A DNA stretch of 64,000 nt from Capsulimonadaceae bacterium (GCA_965215505.1 OZ244065.1:3168001-3232000); one strand, 5' to 3'; shown: positions 1 through 9,653, counted from the stretch's first letter. Numbers and translations are program-made. The notes: generated by a model from the sequence alone, not told the origin.

Positions 1-681
1 TCCTTGTACCTCCTGACCCTGGCGATGGGGCTGGCGAGCGGCTTCTCGCACTGCATCGGCATGTGCGGAATCTTCGTCGTCTCGTATGCCGGGATGCCGG
101 GCAAGGGGGAGGCGCGGCTGCTCCACCCCGCCCGGCACCTATTGTTCCACGGCGGGCGTCTCGCCGCGCTGGCCTCTTTGGGTCTGGTCGGCGGGTCCAT
201 CGGGGCCTTGGGACATCGCTGGGCTTCCGCGCAGGGCACGGTCAGCCTGGCCGTCGGCGTCGTCATGCTGGGCCTTGCTCTCGGCCTGGCCGGCTTCGTG
301 CCGCGCTTCCGGCTGCCCGAGCCGGACGTGCTGGGGGCGGGCGGCGGGCGGCTGCGGCGGCTCTATTTGCGCGTCTTGCAGTCCCGGAGCGCGCTGAAGC
401 CGCTGGGCGTCGGCGTCTTCGTCGGCCTCCTGCCCTGCGGCCTGACCTATAACGCTTTGATGATGACCTTTACCCAGCGCCCGCTCTCGGGTGCCCTCCT
501 GATGCTCTGCTTCGGCCTGGGCACAGTCCCCGGCCTGCTGGCCCTGGCCCTCTTCGGCAACGCGCTCTTCGGCGGCCTGCTGATGCGAATACCCTTCCGC
601 CTCGCCATGACGCGCGTGTCTGCCCTGTTCATGGCCGCGCTGGGCGTGGCTTTTCTGTGGCGCGGTTGGTCGAGTCTTTAG
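1..681 (+). CDS. Sulfite exporter TauE/SafE / DsbD_2-like membrane protein (probably 5'-truncated by window edge)
   Basis: Hydrophobic ORF with SHCIGMCG and GLLPCGL motifs; frame is open from base 1. Confidence 0.8.
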   Translation, partial: SLYLLTLAMGLASGFSHCIGMCGIFVVSYAGMPGKGEARLLHPARHLLFHGGRLAALASLGLVGGSIGALGHRWASAQGTVSLAVGVVMLGLALGLAGFVPRFRLPEPDVLGAGGGRLRRLYLRVLQSRSALKPLGVGVFVGLLPCGLTYNALMMTFTQRPLSGALLMLCFGLGTVPGLLALALFGNALFGGLLMRIPFRLAMTRVSALFMAALGVAFLWRGWSSL

Positions 682-751
682 GCAGGACAAAAGCAGCCGA
701 TCGTGTGCTACAATCCACTGGCGCAGTCTATTTCACAGGAGAACCCCCTCA

Positions 752-1018
752 ATGACCAAGCAGATCGTGGCGGCAGTCGCCGCCGGAGTCACCCTCTTTT
801 CCGCCGCAGCGGGCATGGCGCAGCAGAAGCCGGCGATGCACAAGCCCGCCGCCAAGGCGACGGCGGCCAAGTCCGTCTATGTGTGTACGGAGTGCAAGGA
901 GTACTTCTCGGCGATGTCCGCCAAGAAGATGGGCTACAAGGACAGCATGGGCCACAAGCTCGCCAAGGTGAGCAAGGCTCCCGCCGGCTTCGCCGACGGC
1001 TCCAAATCAACGATGTAG
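752..1018 (+). CDS. Small secreted protein with CxxC, possible metal-binding
   Basis: Signal-peptide-like N-terminus, YVCTECK and Met/His-rich C-terminus; AGGAG RBS and TGcTACAAT upstream. Confidence 0.65.
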   Translation: MTKQIVAAVAAGVTLFSAAAGMAQQKPAMHKPAAKATAAKSVYVCTECKEYFSAMSAKKMGYKDSMGHKLAKVSKAPAGFADGSKSTM

Positions 1019-1112
1019 TCCCGCCGGGCGAGGCAAGAACGGCGGCCGGCCAAGTGGCCCGCCGCCGTTTTCCGTCTTTCGTGGCCAAGTCGGGTATACT
1101 GCTAGGCATATC

Positions 1113-1601
1113 ATGAAAGAAAGCACACTCACCTCGGAAGAGCGGCGGGACGCCATCACGGCCGCCGCCGACGACAAGAAGGCCAACTACATCACGGCCC
1201 TGGACCTGCGCGGGAAGACGGTCATCGCCGACTTCTTCATCATCTGCTCGGGCACCTCCAACATCCACATCCGCTCGGTCGCCGACGGCATCATGGAGGC
1301 CATGGAGAAGCGCGGCATCCGGCAACGGCGCATTGAGGGCTACAGCGAGGCCACCTGGGTCCTGCTGGACTACGGCGACAACATCGTCCACGTCATGTCC
1401 GAGGAGCAGCGCTCCTTCTACGGGCTGGAGAAGCTCTGGACCGGACAGGCCCCCCCGGAGCGCGAGCCGGACCGGCTTGAGGGCATGGGGGTCGGCGAGT
1501 TCGAAGAGGACGAGGAAGACGACCTCGACGAAGACGACCTAGAGGACGAAGACGAGGACGAGGAAGACGACGCGGAGGCGAGTCATGGCCGCGCCGCCTG
1601 A
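1113..1601 (+). CDS. rsfS: Ribosome silencing factor RsfS with acidic C-terminal tail
   Basis: ADFFIICSGTS, WVLLDYGD and R.FYGLEKLW motifs. Confidence 0.93.
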   Translation: MKESTLTSEERRDAITAAADDKKANYITALDLRGKTVIADFFIICSGTSNIHIRSVADGIMEAMEKRGIRQRRIEGYSEATWVLLDYGDNIVHVMSEEQRSFYGLEKLWTGQAPPEREPDRLEGMGVGEFEEDEEDDLDEDDLEDEDEDEEDDAEASHGRAA

Positions 1602-2298
1602 CCCGGCCGCCCCCGACCCGGCTTCGCCCGGCGCGGCCCTGCCCGCCGGCCCGCGCCCCCCGGCGCGTCCGGCCCCGACCCGCCCCAAGCGCGATTACGC
1701 GGCGGAGGAGGAAGCCGGGCGGCGGCTGACGAACGCCCACATCCAGTTCCGGCGCGGGCTGACGTCCGAGGCGGAAGCCTCCGTCGGGGCGATCCTGGCG
1801 GAACGGCCCGCCGACGCCGCCGCGCACGAGCTGCTGGGCGACGTCCTGGCCGCAAAAGGCGATTGGGAGGCGGCGGGGGCATCGTATCAGGCCGCGCTGA
1901 CCCACGAGCCGGGCCGGGCCTCGGCGGAGACGAAGTTTGGCACGGCGACACTGCGCCGGGCGGAGCGGGAGCGGCAGGAGAAGCTGGGCGTCTCCTATGC
2001 CGCCGCCGACACGGCGATGGTGCGGCGCGAAGGCGGGGCACGCGGCGCGTGGCCGGTCATCCTGGGGTCTTTGATCTGCCCCGGCCTGGGCCAAGTGGTC
2101 CAGGGGCAGACGGTCAAGGGTGCCATCCTCATCGGCATCTTCCTGCTCGGCCTGCTCCTCCTGGCCTGGCTGCCGCACGGCGGTTCGGGCCGCTCCTACT
2201 TCGGCCCCGCCTTCTGGCTCGTCACCGCCCTGATGACCGCCGACTGGCTTTATGCCGTCGCCGACGCCGTCCAAGCCTCGTCGCGCAAACAGGACTGA
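1585..2298 (+). CDS. TPR-containing membrane protein
   Basis: TPR-like helices (AHELLGDVLAAKGDWEAAGASYQAAL) followed by PGLGQ motif and TM segments. Confidence 0.7.
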   Translation: MAAPPDPAAPDPASPGAALPAGPRPPARPAPTRPKRDYAAEEEAGRRLTNAHIQFRRGLTSEAEASVGAILAERPADAAAHELLGDVLAAKGDWEAAGASYQAALTHEPGRASAETKFGTATLRRAERERQEKLGVSYAAADTAMVRREGGARGAWPVILGSLICPGLGQVVQGQTVKGAILIGIFLLGLLLLAWLPHGGSGRSYFGPAFWLVTALMTADWLYAVADAVQASSRKQD

Positions 2299-2417
2299 CG
2301 AAGACCGACAAGGACCAGCCCCGCTGAAACAAAACCCCCTGTGAAACAAAACTCCCTGCCGGTTGTCTGAGAGGGCAACACAAGGAACGAACCCAAGACC
2401 GACAGGAGACAACTTCA

Positions 2418-3251
2418 TTGCAATCACGACAACGCCGGGCCGGGGTCTTCTCCGCCCCTACGGCCGCCCTGCTCGGGGCCGGGGCGGTCTTCGCCGCCCT
2501 CCTGAGCGCCGGGTGCGGCAGCAGCGGCAGCGACCCGACCGCCCGGCTCCGGGGCGTGGACCTCTCGCCGAACGCGGGCACGGCCGGCGTCCTGGGCAAC
2601 AGCTACGCGCTGGGCGGCGACCTCAACTTCGGGCAGGGCAGCCCCTACCTCTTCGCCGGGCAGGGCGTCTCGACCTTCGGGTACACGACCAGCACCAGCA
2701 CGCCGTCAACCGTCACAATCACTTTTCCGCCCTCCCCGACGCTGCAACTCAATAATAACTCTTTCTACACGGCCTACCTGATCGGCATCGCTGCCCTGCC
2801 GGACGTCAGCGTCGCCAAACCCGACCCGCGCCTCCTCCAGACCGTCGTGACCGGCGACAAGGGGGCGGCGGCCGGCTATACCGGGGGCGTGACCTACAGC
2901 GACCCGCCCGCCGGCTCGGCCAACCTGCGTGTACTCAACGGCGCACCCGACGCCGGCACGGTGGACGTGCTGATCAACGGCAAAGTCGCCTTCACGGCCG
3001 TCGCCTACCCCGCCTTCCCCACGCGGGCCGCCGCCACCGACACTTCAGACCCCGCTGTCACCCCGGTTACTCTGTACCAGGTCGTCCCCTCCGGCACACT
3101 CTCGGTGCAGGTGAACGCCACGGGGACATCCAAGGTGATCGTCCCGGCCACCAACGTCTCCGTCTCGTCCCTGAGCGCCTACACGCTCGTCGTCACGGAG
3201 CCGACGACCACGCCGACCTACGGGGTGTATACGTCGAGCGACCAGCCGTGA
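2418..3251 (+). CDS. Lipoprotein, DUF4397-like
   Basis: Lipobox LSAGC; two DUF4397-like repeats (ARLRGVDLSPNAG, ANLRVLNGAPDAGTVDV); AGGAG RBS before TTG. Confidence 0.75.
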   Translation: MQSRQRRAGVFSAPTAALLGAGAVFAALLSAGCGSSGSDPTARLRGVDLSPNAGTAGVLGNSYALGGDLNFGQGSPYLFAGQGVSTFGYTTSTSTPSTVTITFPPSPTLQLNNNSFYTAYLIGIAALPDVSVAKPDPRLLQTVVTGDKGAAAGYTGGVTYSDPPAGSANLRVLNGAPDAGTVDVLINGKVAFTAVAYPAFPTRAAATDTSDPAVTPVTLYQVVPSGTLSVQVNATGTSKVIVPATNVSVSSLSAYTLVVTEPTTTPTYGVYTSSDQP

Positions 3252-3615
3252 CGTAACCCCGCGACACCGCCAATGAATCCTAAGTCGCGCCGCTCCCCTG
3301 TTCGCGAAGGGTAATGCCTCAGACGAAAGCCCCCAACTCTGGACGAGAAATGGGGGCTTTTGCCTTATTTCATCTTCACTGCTATGAGTCTGCAAAAGGC
3401 ATCAAGGCGGCTTTGGCTGACATTTTGAAGTAGATTTTCAACTGTTTGTCTCACTTCAAGGGTGGTAACGCCTATTCCTCTTCTATCCTTGCGACTCCCT
3501 ACTGCGTCATGGCTCGGCTGTACGCACACAGCCGAACCAACAAAGGCAAAGATGACGGATTGCGGACGAAGATCGGACACGATTGCAGAAAATGTGTTGA
3601 TAGGGCAGAAATATG

Positions 3616-3645
3616 TTGACAACCGCCGAAGCGATATGGTAGCAT
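3616..3645 (+). promoter_or_regulatory. Sigma70-type promoter
   Basis: TTGACA, 18 bp spacer, TG-extended TAGCAT. Confidence 0.65.
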
Positions 3646-3651
3646 AAGAAT

Positions 3652-3790
3652 GTCGAAAACGACGGACCGGTATGGTAAGCCCGGTCACTCCTACCTCCCC
3701 GATAGGAGTTCTGCTTAACGCTTCTGCGTCAAGCCCACGACGATGCTACAAAGGCTTTATTGCGCCTAGTCATCGTCCGGTGGGCTGATC
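3652..3790 (+). ncRNA. Candidate structured small RNA or 5' leader
   Basis: Three consecutive hairpins directly after the promoter: GACCGG/CCGGTC, ACTCCTA/TAGGAGT, AGCCCAC-GACGATG/CATCGTC-GTGGGCT. Confidence 0.45.
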
Positions 3791-3964
3791 ATGACGTGGG
3801 AGAAAACTCCTTTTCTTTCTCGCCTTTTCTTTCTCGCCTTTGACGGGTAACTACGTCCGTTCGGATGAAACCGCCGACAAAGCGTAAGTTTCTCCCCGAT
3901 GCAATCAAGCCTTCTTTGGCTGATGGCAGTGGACCGTCAGCCTGTCAAAAAAGAAGGGCTACGC

Positions 3965-4402
3965 ATGGAAAGTACAGGCATTGAAATCGCGAAGTGGATC
4001 GTGGCGGCAATCGCCGTGTTCAACGGCGGCGGGTACATCGCCGATGCCGTTGTCCCGTGGGGGGCGAAGCAGCACATCCACAACCCGCACTGGCCGCCGC
4101 ACGCCAAGTTCCACAACGGCCAGGGAATGCTTATGGGGATCGGTCTGGGGCTGCTCTCCCTGGTGACCCTGTTCGCGTTCCGACCACTGACGCTCCCCCT
4201 CTTCACTCTGGCGACGGCGACCGCCGGGCTGTACTTCGTCAGCATGCTCCTCGCGCCGCTATTCCCAGGGACCGGGTGGTCCGATCCCGAATTCAGGGCC
4301 GAAACGCCGACCCCTCTGGGCCTGCCTGCACAGAAGCTCGTGAGCATCGTCGTTTGCACGCTGCTCCTCGTCGCCCTCGGGATCGCTTACACAGTGAAGT
4401 GA
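3965..4402 (+). CDS. Membrane protein, DUF6640-like
   Basis: HIHNPHWPPHAKFHNGQ motif and four hydrophobic segments; start placed at MESTG. Confidence 0.7.
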   Translation: MESTGIEIAKWIVAAIAVFNGGGYIADAVVPWGAKQHIHNPHWPPHAKFHNGQGMLMGIGLGLLSLVTLFAFRPLTLPLFTLATATAGLYFVSMLLAPLFPGTGWSDPEFRAETPTPLGLPAQKLVSIVVCTLLLVALGIAYTVK

Positions 4403-4416
4403 AAAGGACGGATCAG

Positions 4417-5013
4417 ATGACTAATGCTAACAGCCGAACCGCCGACTATCCGATTGATCCGATGTTCCTGGCGCGCTGGTCGCCACGCGCGTTCACAGGC
4501 GAGCCGATCAGCGAGACGGATTTGCTGACCATGCTGGAGGCCGCACGGTGGGCGGCCTCCTCGTACAACGCGCAGCCGTGGCGCTTCATTTACGCGCGGC
4601 GCGACACGCCGCATTGGGACAAGTTCCTGGGCCTGCTCGTACCCCACAACCAAAGCTGGGCGAAAGAGGCCGCCGCGCTCATCATCCTGATCTCCCGGTC
4701 TTTGATGCGACTGCCAGGCGCGGACAAGGATGTGCCTTCGCCCACCCACTCCTTCGACACAGGCACCGCGTCCGGCTATTTCGCCCTTCAGGCCCACAAA
4801 ATGGGTTGGTTCACTCCCGGTATGGTCGGTTTTGACAGGGACCGCGCCTTTGCCAATCTCAACGTGCCCGAAGGTTACATGGTCGAGGCTGCGTATGCCG
4901 TTGGGCACCTGGGCGATCCGTCTCAACTGCCGGAGGCGCTACAGGCACGGGAGCAGCCGAGCGCACGCCTGCCGCTGACTCAACTCGCGTTTGAAGGCTC
5001 TTTCCGAGGATAA
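4417..5013 (+). CDS. Nitroreductase family protein
   Basis: RWSPRAF, AARWAASSYNAQPWRF and FDTG motifs; AAGGA RBS. Confidence 0.9.
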   Translation: MTNANSRTADYPIDPMFLARWSPRAFTGEPISETDLLTMLEAARWAASSYNAQPWRFIYARRDTPHWDKFLGLLVPHNQSWAKEAAALIILISRSLMRLPGADKDVPSPTHSFDTGTASGYFALQAHKMGWFTPGMVGFDRDRAFANLNVPEGYMVEAAYAVGHLGDPSQLPEALQAREQPSARLPLTQLAFEGSFRG

Positions 5014-5084
5014 CCTAAGCCCCTGGGGAGATAGCGCACGATATAGTAACGATCGAGCCTTCGATGAAGGATCAAAATAAGGTG

Positions 5085-5122
5085 AAAGCCCCTGCCTCTT
5101 GTCCAGAGGCGGGGGCTTTTTC
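5085..5122. terminator. Bidirectional intrinsic terminator
   Basis: AAAGCCCCTGCCTCT-loop-AGAGGCGGGGGCTTTTT between convergent genes. Confidence 0.75.
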
Positions 5123-5201
5123 ATCGGTCTGTTCTCTGTCTCCTTACCCTTCCCTAACAGGGAAGGGTCGCGACTTAGGCTTTATTGGGGCTGTCGCGGG
5201 G

Positions 5202-6254
5202 TTAGGTCTTCATCGCAATCCCCACCAGCGCCCCCGCGTCTGCCGCACTCTTCGGCGGGCGCGGCAGGCGCTGGAGCTGCCAGTAGATGTCGTGTTCCAT
5301 TTTTTCGCCGTGACTCAGCGGGGCCAGCGGCCCGAGCAGCTCCATCTCGATGTACGCAGTCGCCCCGGCATTGGTGTAGACCTCGGCGGACGCCCCGCCG
5401 TCCGGGTAGAGAGCGCCGGGCCGGTAGGGGTAGTGTTCGGAGAACAGGACGGTGCCACCGTAGAGCGAGGCCATCCAGCCCGCTGCCGACCCCGACCCGA
5501 CCTTGTGAGACTTGGCGAGGTCGCGGGCGATCCGCAGCAGCCCCGCCTGCGTCGTGAAGTACGGGGCGGCGGGCACGTCGCCAGGGTCGCCCAGCACCGT
5601 GTATCCGGACGGTGACGACGCGCCGCCGGTCGGCAGGGGCAGGAAGACCGTGCCGTCGCCGCGCGTCTGCGTGATGGACCAGAGGCCGATGGGGAAGCCG
5701 TCATGCGCGCCCTGCGCGTCCGGGTCTTTCAGCAACGTCTGGGCGATGTAGAGGCGGGCCTCCCCCGGCTTCATCGTGATCGTCCGGGCGGCGCGGGCGG
5801 CGAAGGCGGTGCTGTCCGGCGTGCAGAGGCGGACGCCGCCGGGCACGTCCTGGGCGACCTCGGGGTCGCCGTCGAAGGCCTGGTCGGGGGGCCAGGCGCG
5901 CACGTTATGGTTTGCCCACTCGCTCTGCGGGGAGGGCCAGAGCTTGTCGCCGCCGAAGGCCGCCCAGGTGGCCGGGTCGGCGTCGGCGACCGTCTTGCCT
6001 TCCCAGTCTTTGTTGTCGAAGACCGGGCTTGTCTCGGGGTGCCCGGCGAACTGGAAGCTCATCACGCGCCCGATGGTCGGGACGATGACCGCCTCGACGA
6101 TGCCGTTGGAGAGCAGGACCGCCCCGGCCCAGCCGTGCCAGGTGAGGCGCGTGACGGTGACGGGCGGGGCGGCCTTTTTCGGGGCAGCGCCCGCCGCCTG
6201 GGCGGACAAGGCGAGGGCGGCGCAGAGGGCGGCGATCTTTCTCATGGGCCTCAT
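5202..6254 (-). CDS. Secreted DUF4380 / galactose-mutarotase-like protein
   Basis: Signal peptide; GRVMSF, GGDKLWPSPQ and YIEMELLGP motifs; ATGA overlap with upstream gene. Confidence 0.7.
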   Translation of the reverse strand: MRPMRKIAALCAALALSAQAAGAAPKKAAPPVTVTRLTWHGWAGAVLLSNGIVEAVIVPTIGRVMSFQFAGHPETSPVFDNKDWEGKTVADADPATWAAFGGDKLWPSPQSEWANHNVRAWPPDQAFDGDPEVAQDVPGGVRLCTPDSTAFAARAARTITMKPGEARLYIAQTLLKDPDAQGAHDGFPIGLWSITQTRGDGTVFLPLPTGGASSPSGYTVLGDPGDVPAAPYFTTQAGLLRIARDLAKSHKVGSGSAAGWMASLYGGTVLFSEHYPYRPGALYPDGGASAEVYTNAGATAYIEMELLGPLAPLSHGEKMEHDIYWQLQRLPRPPKSAADAGALVGIAMKT

Positions 6255-7450
6255 GGGCGGCGGCTGGCGACCAGCATCTTCTTCCCCGCCTGTACGCCGT
6301 TCTTCTTGCGGCCCGCCTTCGGCTTCAGCCCGGCGGGATCGTTGTAGACCACCAGTGTCGCGCCGTCCAGCCGGTTCGTGTTGACGGACTTCGCTTCGGA
6401 GCGCGGCACGGCGAGCGTGTCGCGGTTGCCGTCGCTGACATACGGGGGGATGCGGCGCGAGGACAGCGCCTTGATGGCGCGCTCGACCCAGCCCGGCCCG
6501 GTCCCGATGCGGCTGACGCGGTCGGGGTCGAACTTCTTGTCCGTCCAGGAGCGGCTCGGCCCGCCCCAGGCCATCAGGATGCAGCGGTTGCGGTAGACGA
6601 TATTGCCCAGACGCCCGCGCAGCAGGTCGTTCCAGAGGGCGTGGTTCTTGGGGGCGGCCCCGCCCGGCAGGGCCATCGTGTCCATCGTCGCGCCGGGCGC
6701 GCGGTCCCGGACGTAGCGCTGGCACTCGGCCATCTCCCAGGTCAGCTCCGCCCCGGACAGGTGCGTCATCATGCGGTGCGTGGTCGAGTGGTTGGCGACC
6801 TCGAAGCCATCCGCGACCAGGGCGCGCAGCTTCTCGGTCTCTTTGCCGGGCTGCCAGAAGGGGACGGGGTTCCAGGCGGACTTGGGCAGGACGTAGAAGG
6901 TCCCCCGCAGCGGCCAGTCCGCGTGTTCCCGGTGGAAAGCCTCCAGGATGCCGACGGCGCAGTTCGGGTCAACCGTCCCATCCTTCAAATAATGGAACTG
7001 GCTGCCGCGCGCATCATCAAAGGTCAGCACGACCGGCGTCATGCCCGCGGGCGCGTCGATGTGCGAACTCAGCACGTCCCGCATGTTGACGGGATACCAG
7101 TGGGCGGCGTACATCAGGTCCAGGTGCTTGCGGAACGTCTCCGGCGCGATGTTCAGCCCCTGCGAGTCGTAGCGCGCCCCCCGGTGGGCGGGGGCACCGA
7201 TGGAGTGGTACATCAGGATAGGGATGCGCCCCGTCTCGTCGGCGCGCAGGGCCGCCAGTTGCGCGGAGGGGAGGGGCGGCTGGCCGGCGTGGGGCGGGGC
7301 GGAGTGGGCCACATGGCCGTGAGCGGCGGGGTTCACGGCGACGGCGTGGGGGTGGGCGAGGCGAACGGCGGCGACGCCGGTCACGAGCAGGCCCAGGCCG
7401 GCGAGGGCCACCGGGGCGGCGAGTTTTTTGGAAGGAACAGGGGGATTCAT
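6251..7450 (-). CDS. Polysaccharide deacetylase (CE4)
   Basis: PILMYH, VVLTFDD and NHSTTH motifs; N-terminal TM anchor. Confidence 0.88.
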   Translation of the reverse strand: MNPPVPSKKLAAPVALAGLGLLVTGVAAVRLAHPHAVAVNPAAHGHVAHSAPPHAGQPPLPSAQLAALRADETGRIPILMYHSIGAPAHRGARYDSQGLNIAPETFRKHLDLMYAAHWYPVNMRDVLSSHIDAPAGMTPVVLTFDDARGSQFHYLKDGTVDPNCAVGILEAFHREHADWPLRGTFYVLPKSAWNPVPFWQPGKETEKLRALVADGFEVANHSTTHRMMTHLSGAELTWEMAECQRYVRDRAPGATMDTMALPGGAAPKNHALWNDLLRGRLGNIVYRNRCILMAWGGPSRSWTDKKFDPDRVSRIGTGPGWVERAIKALSSRRIPPYVSDGNRDTLAVPRSEAKSVNTNRLDGATLVVYNDPAGLKPKAGRKKNGVQAGKKMLVASRRP

Positions 7451-7640
7451 GCGCGGTCTCCGTTGATCATTGGGGCATTGTACCATAAGACCGGGAAACG
7501 TGCAAACGGATAAGACCAGCAAGGCGTGCCCCCAAGGGAGAGAAAATCGTGCCAGGGTTTTGTGCGGTTTTGCGGCGCGGCGGCCAGTCTAGGGCAGGGA
7601 ACGCCTCGGGAGGGGACGGAACGGGAGGGGATGGGAGAGG

Positions 7641-9605
7641 ATGAACTCGTTACGGGACGATCAATTGCTGCGCCGCTGGGCCGAGAGCCGGTCGCAGGCG
7701 GCATTCTCTGAACTTGGGCGGCGCCATGCCAGGATGGTTTACGGCGTCTGCCTGCGCGAGATCGGCAGCCACGACGAGGCCGAGGACGCCGCGCAGGCGG
7801 TGTTCCTGCTGCTGGCGCAGAAAGCGCCTCTGCTGCGGAAGGAGGGGGCCTTGACCGGCTGGCTGTTCCGGGCGGCGCGGCTCGTGTCGCGCGGCGCGCT
7901 ACGCCGGCAGCGGCGGCGGGTCCGGCGTGAGGCGCAGGCGGACCGCGAGCTGCGCCTCCAGGCCGACTCGAGCGGCGAGAACGCGCTCTGGGAGGAGGTC
8001 GAGCCGCTCCTCAATGACGCCCTCGCCCGCCTGAAGTCCACCGAACGCGAGATCGTGTTGCTGCGCCATTTTGAGGGGCACACGCTGGCCGAGATCGGCG
8101 CGGCCTTCAGCGTCCCGGAGAACACGGCCCGAATGCGGGTCGCCCGCGCCGTGGAGAAGGTGCGCGTTTCCCTGTCCAAAGCGGGCGTCGCGGTGCCCCT
8201 GACCGCCCTCACCCTGCTGCTTTCGGAGCGGGGGGCGCGTTCCGCACCGGAGGCGCTGACTCAGGCGATCTCCCGCATCGCCGTCGGCCCCGCCGCGCCG
8301 CCGACCTCCGGAAGCGCGGCACGGGCGGCACAACTCGCAAAAGGAGCTAATCGGACGATGATACTCTCAACACTGAAGACAATCAGCGCCATCATTTGCG
8401 TCTTCATAATGACGGCTTTCCTGGGCGTGACGGCGCAGAAGGCCCTCACGCGCCAAGCGCCCACGCCGAACGCGCCCGCCCTTTCCGAATCCCGCGCCGA
8501 GGCGCTGCTGACGGAGGTGGCCGCCGCCGTCCGGCAGACCCACTCGCTCGCCTGCGTCTGCGACAAGATCAGCCGTGACCCCGGCACCGGGCGCGTCGAA
8601 CACCGGCAATACCTCGTAAGCCTGCTCCGGCCCAATCTCGTGCGCGTGGACCGGTATCTGATCCGCGCGGGCGGAGGGCGGGAGCGGCTCGTCAGTCTGC
8701 TCTCGGACGGCAAAACGCGCCGGACGCTTCTGCTCGACAACCGGACGGAGGACGAAGCCGCCGCAGCGAACGGGGGGAACGTCGGCCTGCTGCTGCCCGA
8801 CCCCCTCTACGACTTTTACGCGCCGGAAAACTCCTACAAGGAACTGGTACGGCAGGCCCATGCCGACGGGACGTTCGCGGGGCTGACGCTCGACGCGCCG
8901 GAAGAGTGGGAGGGGACGACCTACCGAGTGGTGACGTTCACCAAGGCGGTCCAGGCGGGCGACAAAGCGCATCTCTATAGGAATCGCATGTTCGTCGGCG
9001 CGGACACCCTAGTACACCGCCTCACCGTCACGGACGGCGCGGGCGTCCTGCTCGACGACATCGGGCTGCGCGCCGTGCGCGTCAACGCGCCGCTCCTGCC
9101 CTCCGACTTCACTTACACGCCGCTGCCGGTCCTGCCGCCCGCGAGGCCGGCCGCCCCCGCCCTGCTGCCCGTGGGCGCGGTCGCGCCGGACTTCACGCTC
9201 ACGGGAAGCGGGGGCGGGCCGGTCTCGCTCGCCGGCCTGCGCGGCAAGACCGTCATCCTGGACTTCTGGGCAACCTGGTGTCAGCCCTGCCTGGCGTCGC
9301 TGCCGGACCTCAACCGGGTCGCCGCCCGGCGCGGGCCGGGGGGCGTCATCGCGCTGGCCGTCAACGTGTCCGACACGCAGGCCGCGTTTGACCGGTGGGT
9401 CCCGCGCCACCCGCAGTACGGCGCGGTGCGCTTCGCGATCGACCCCCGCACGGACGGGAAGGATGTCGCCACTGTCCTTTACCATGTCAGCGGCCTGCCC
9501 ACGCAGTACGTCATCGGCCCGCAGGGGAAGGTCGTGGCCGTGTTCGTCGGCTATAACCCGTCTACGAAGGAACTGGGAGACGCGCTGGATCGGGCGGCGA
9601 AGTAG
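7641..9605 (+). CDS. ECF sigma-70 factor fused to TM helix, LolA-like domain and TlpA-type thioredoxin
   Basis: Sigma region 2 (AEDAAQAVF, GWLFRAAR) and region 4 HTH, hydrophobic segment, C-terminal DFWATWCQPC. Confidence 0.85.
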   Translation: MNSLRDDQLLRRWAESRSQAAFSELGRRHARMVYGVCLREIGSHDEAEDAAQAVFLLLAQKAPLLRKEGALTGWLFRAARLVSRGALRRQRRRVRREAQADRELRLQADSSGENALWEEVEPLLNDALARLKSTEREIVLLRHFEGHTLAEIGAAFSVPENTARMRVARAVEKVRVSLSKAGVAVPLTALTLLLSERGARSAPEALTQAISRIAVGPAAPPTSGSAARAAQLAKGANRTMILSTLKTISAIICVFIMTAFLGVTAQKALTRQAPTPNAPALSESRAEALLTEVAAAVRQTHSLACVCDKISRDPGTGRVEHRQYLVSLLRPNLVRVDRYLIRAGGGRERLVSLLSDGKTRRTLLLDNRTEDEAAAANGGNVGLLLPDPLYDFYAPENSYKELVRQAHADGTFAGLTLDAPEEWEGTTYRVVTFTKAVQAGDKAHLYRNRMFVGADTLVHRLTVTDGAGVLLDDIGLRAVRVNAPLLPSDFTYTPLPVLPPARPAAPALLPVGAVAPDFTLTGSGGGPVSLAGLRGKTVILDFWATWCQPCLASLPDLNRVAARRGPGGVIALAVNVSDTQAAFDRWVPRHPQYGAVRFAIDPRTDGKDVATVLYHVSGLPTQYVIGPQGKVVAVFVGYNPSTKELGDALDRAAK

Positions 9606-9653
9606 GGAGCGGCGGGATGGTAGGGCGATTCGTCGGGTACAATAACCGTACCC

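Larger units (their letters stand above)
3254..5204. mobile_element. Segment bounded by ~110-120 bp imperfect inverted repeats (non-autonomous element or REP-bounded cargo)
   Basis: 3254-3362 matches the reverse complement of 5084-5204 (TAACCCCGCGACA...CCTAAGTCGCG...GAAGGGTAA...AAAGCCCCC..CTCTGGAC.AGA...GGGGCTTT); interior has lower GC. Confidence 0.55.

Noticed and set aside
3365-3688. Tyrosine-integrase remnant suggested by RRFRHSYAT
   Set aside because: No other integrase motifs, and the match coincides with the plus-strand promoter; ORF not called as a CDS
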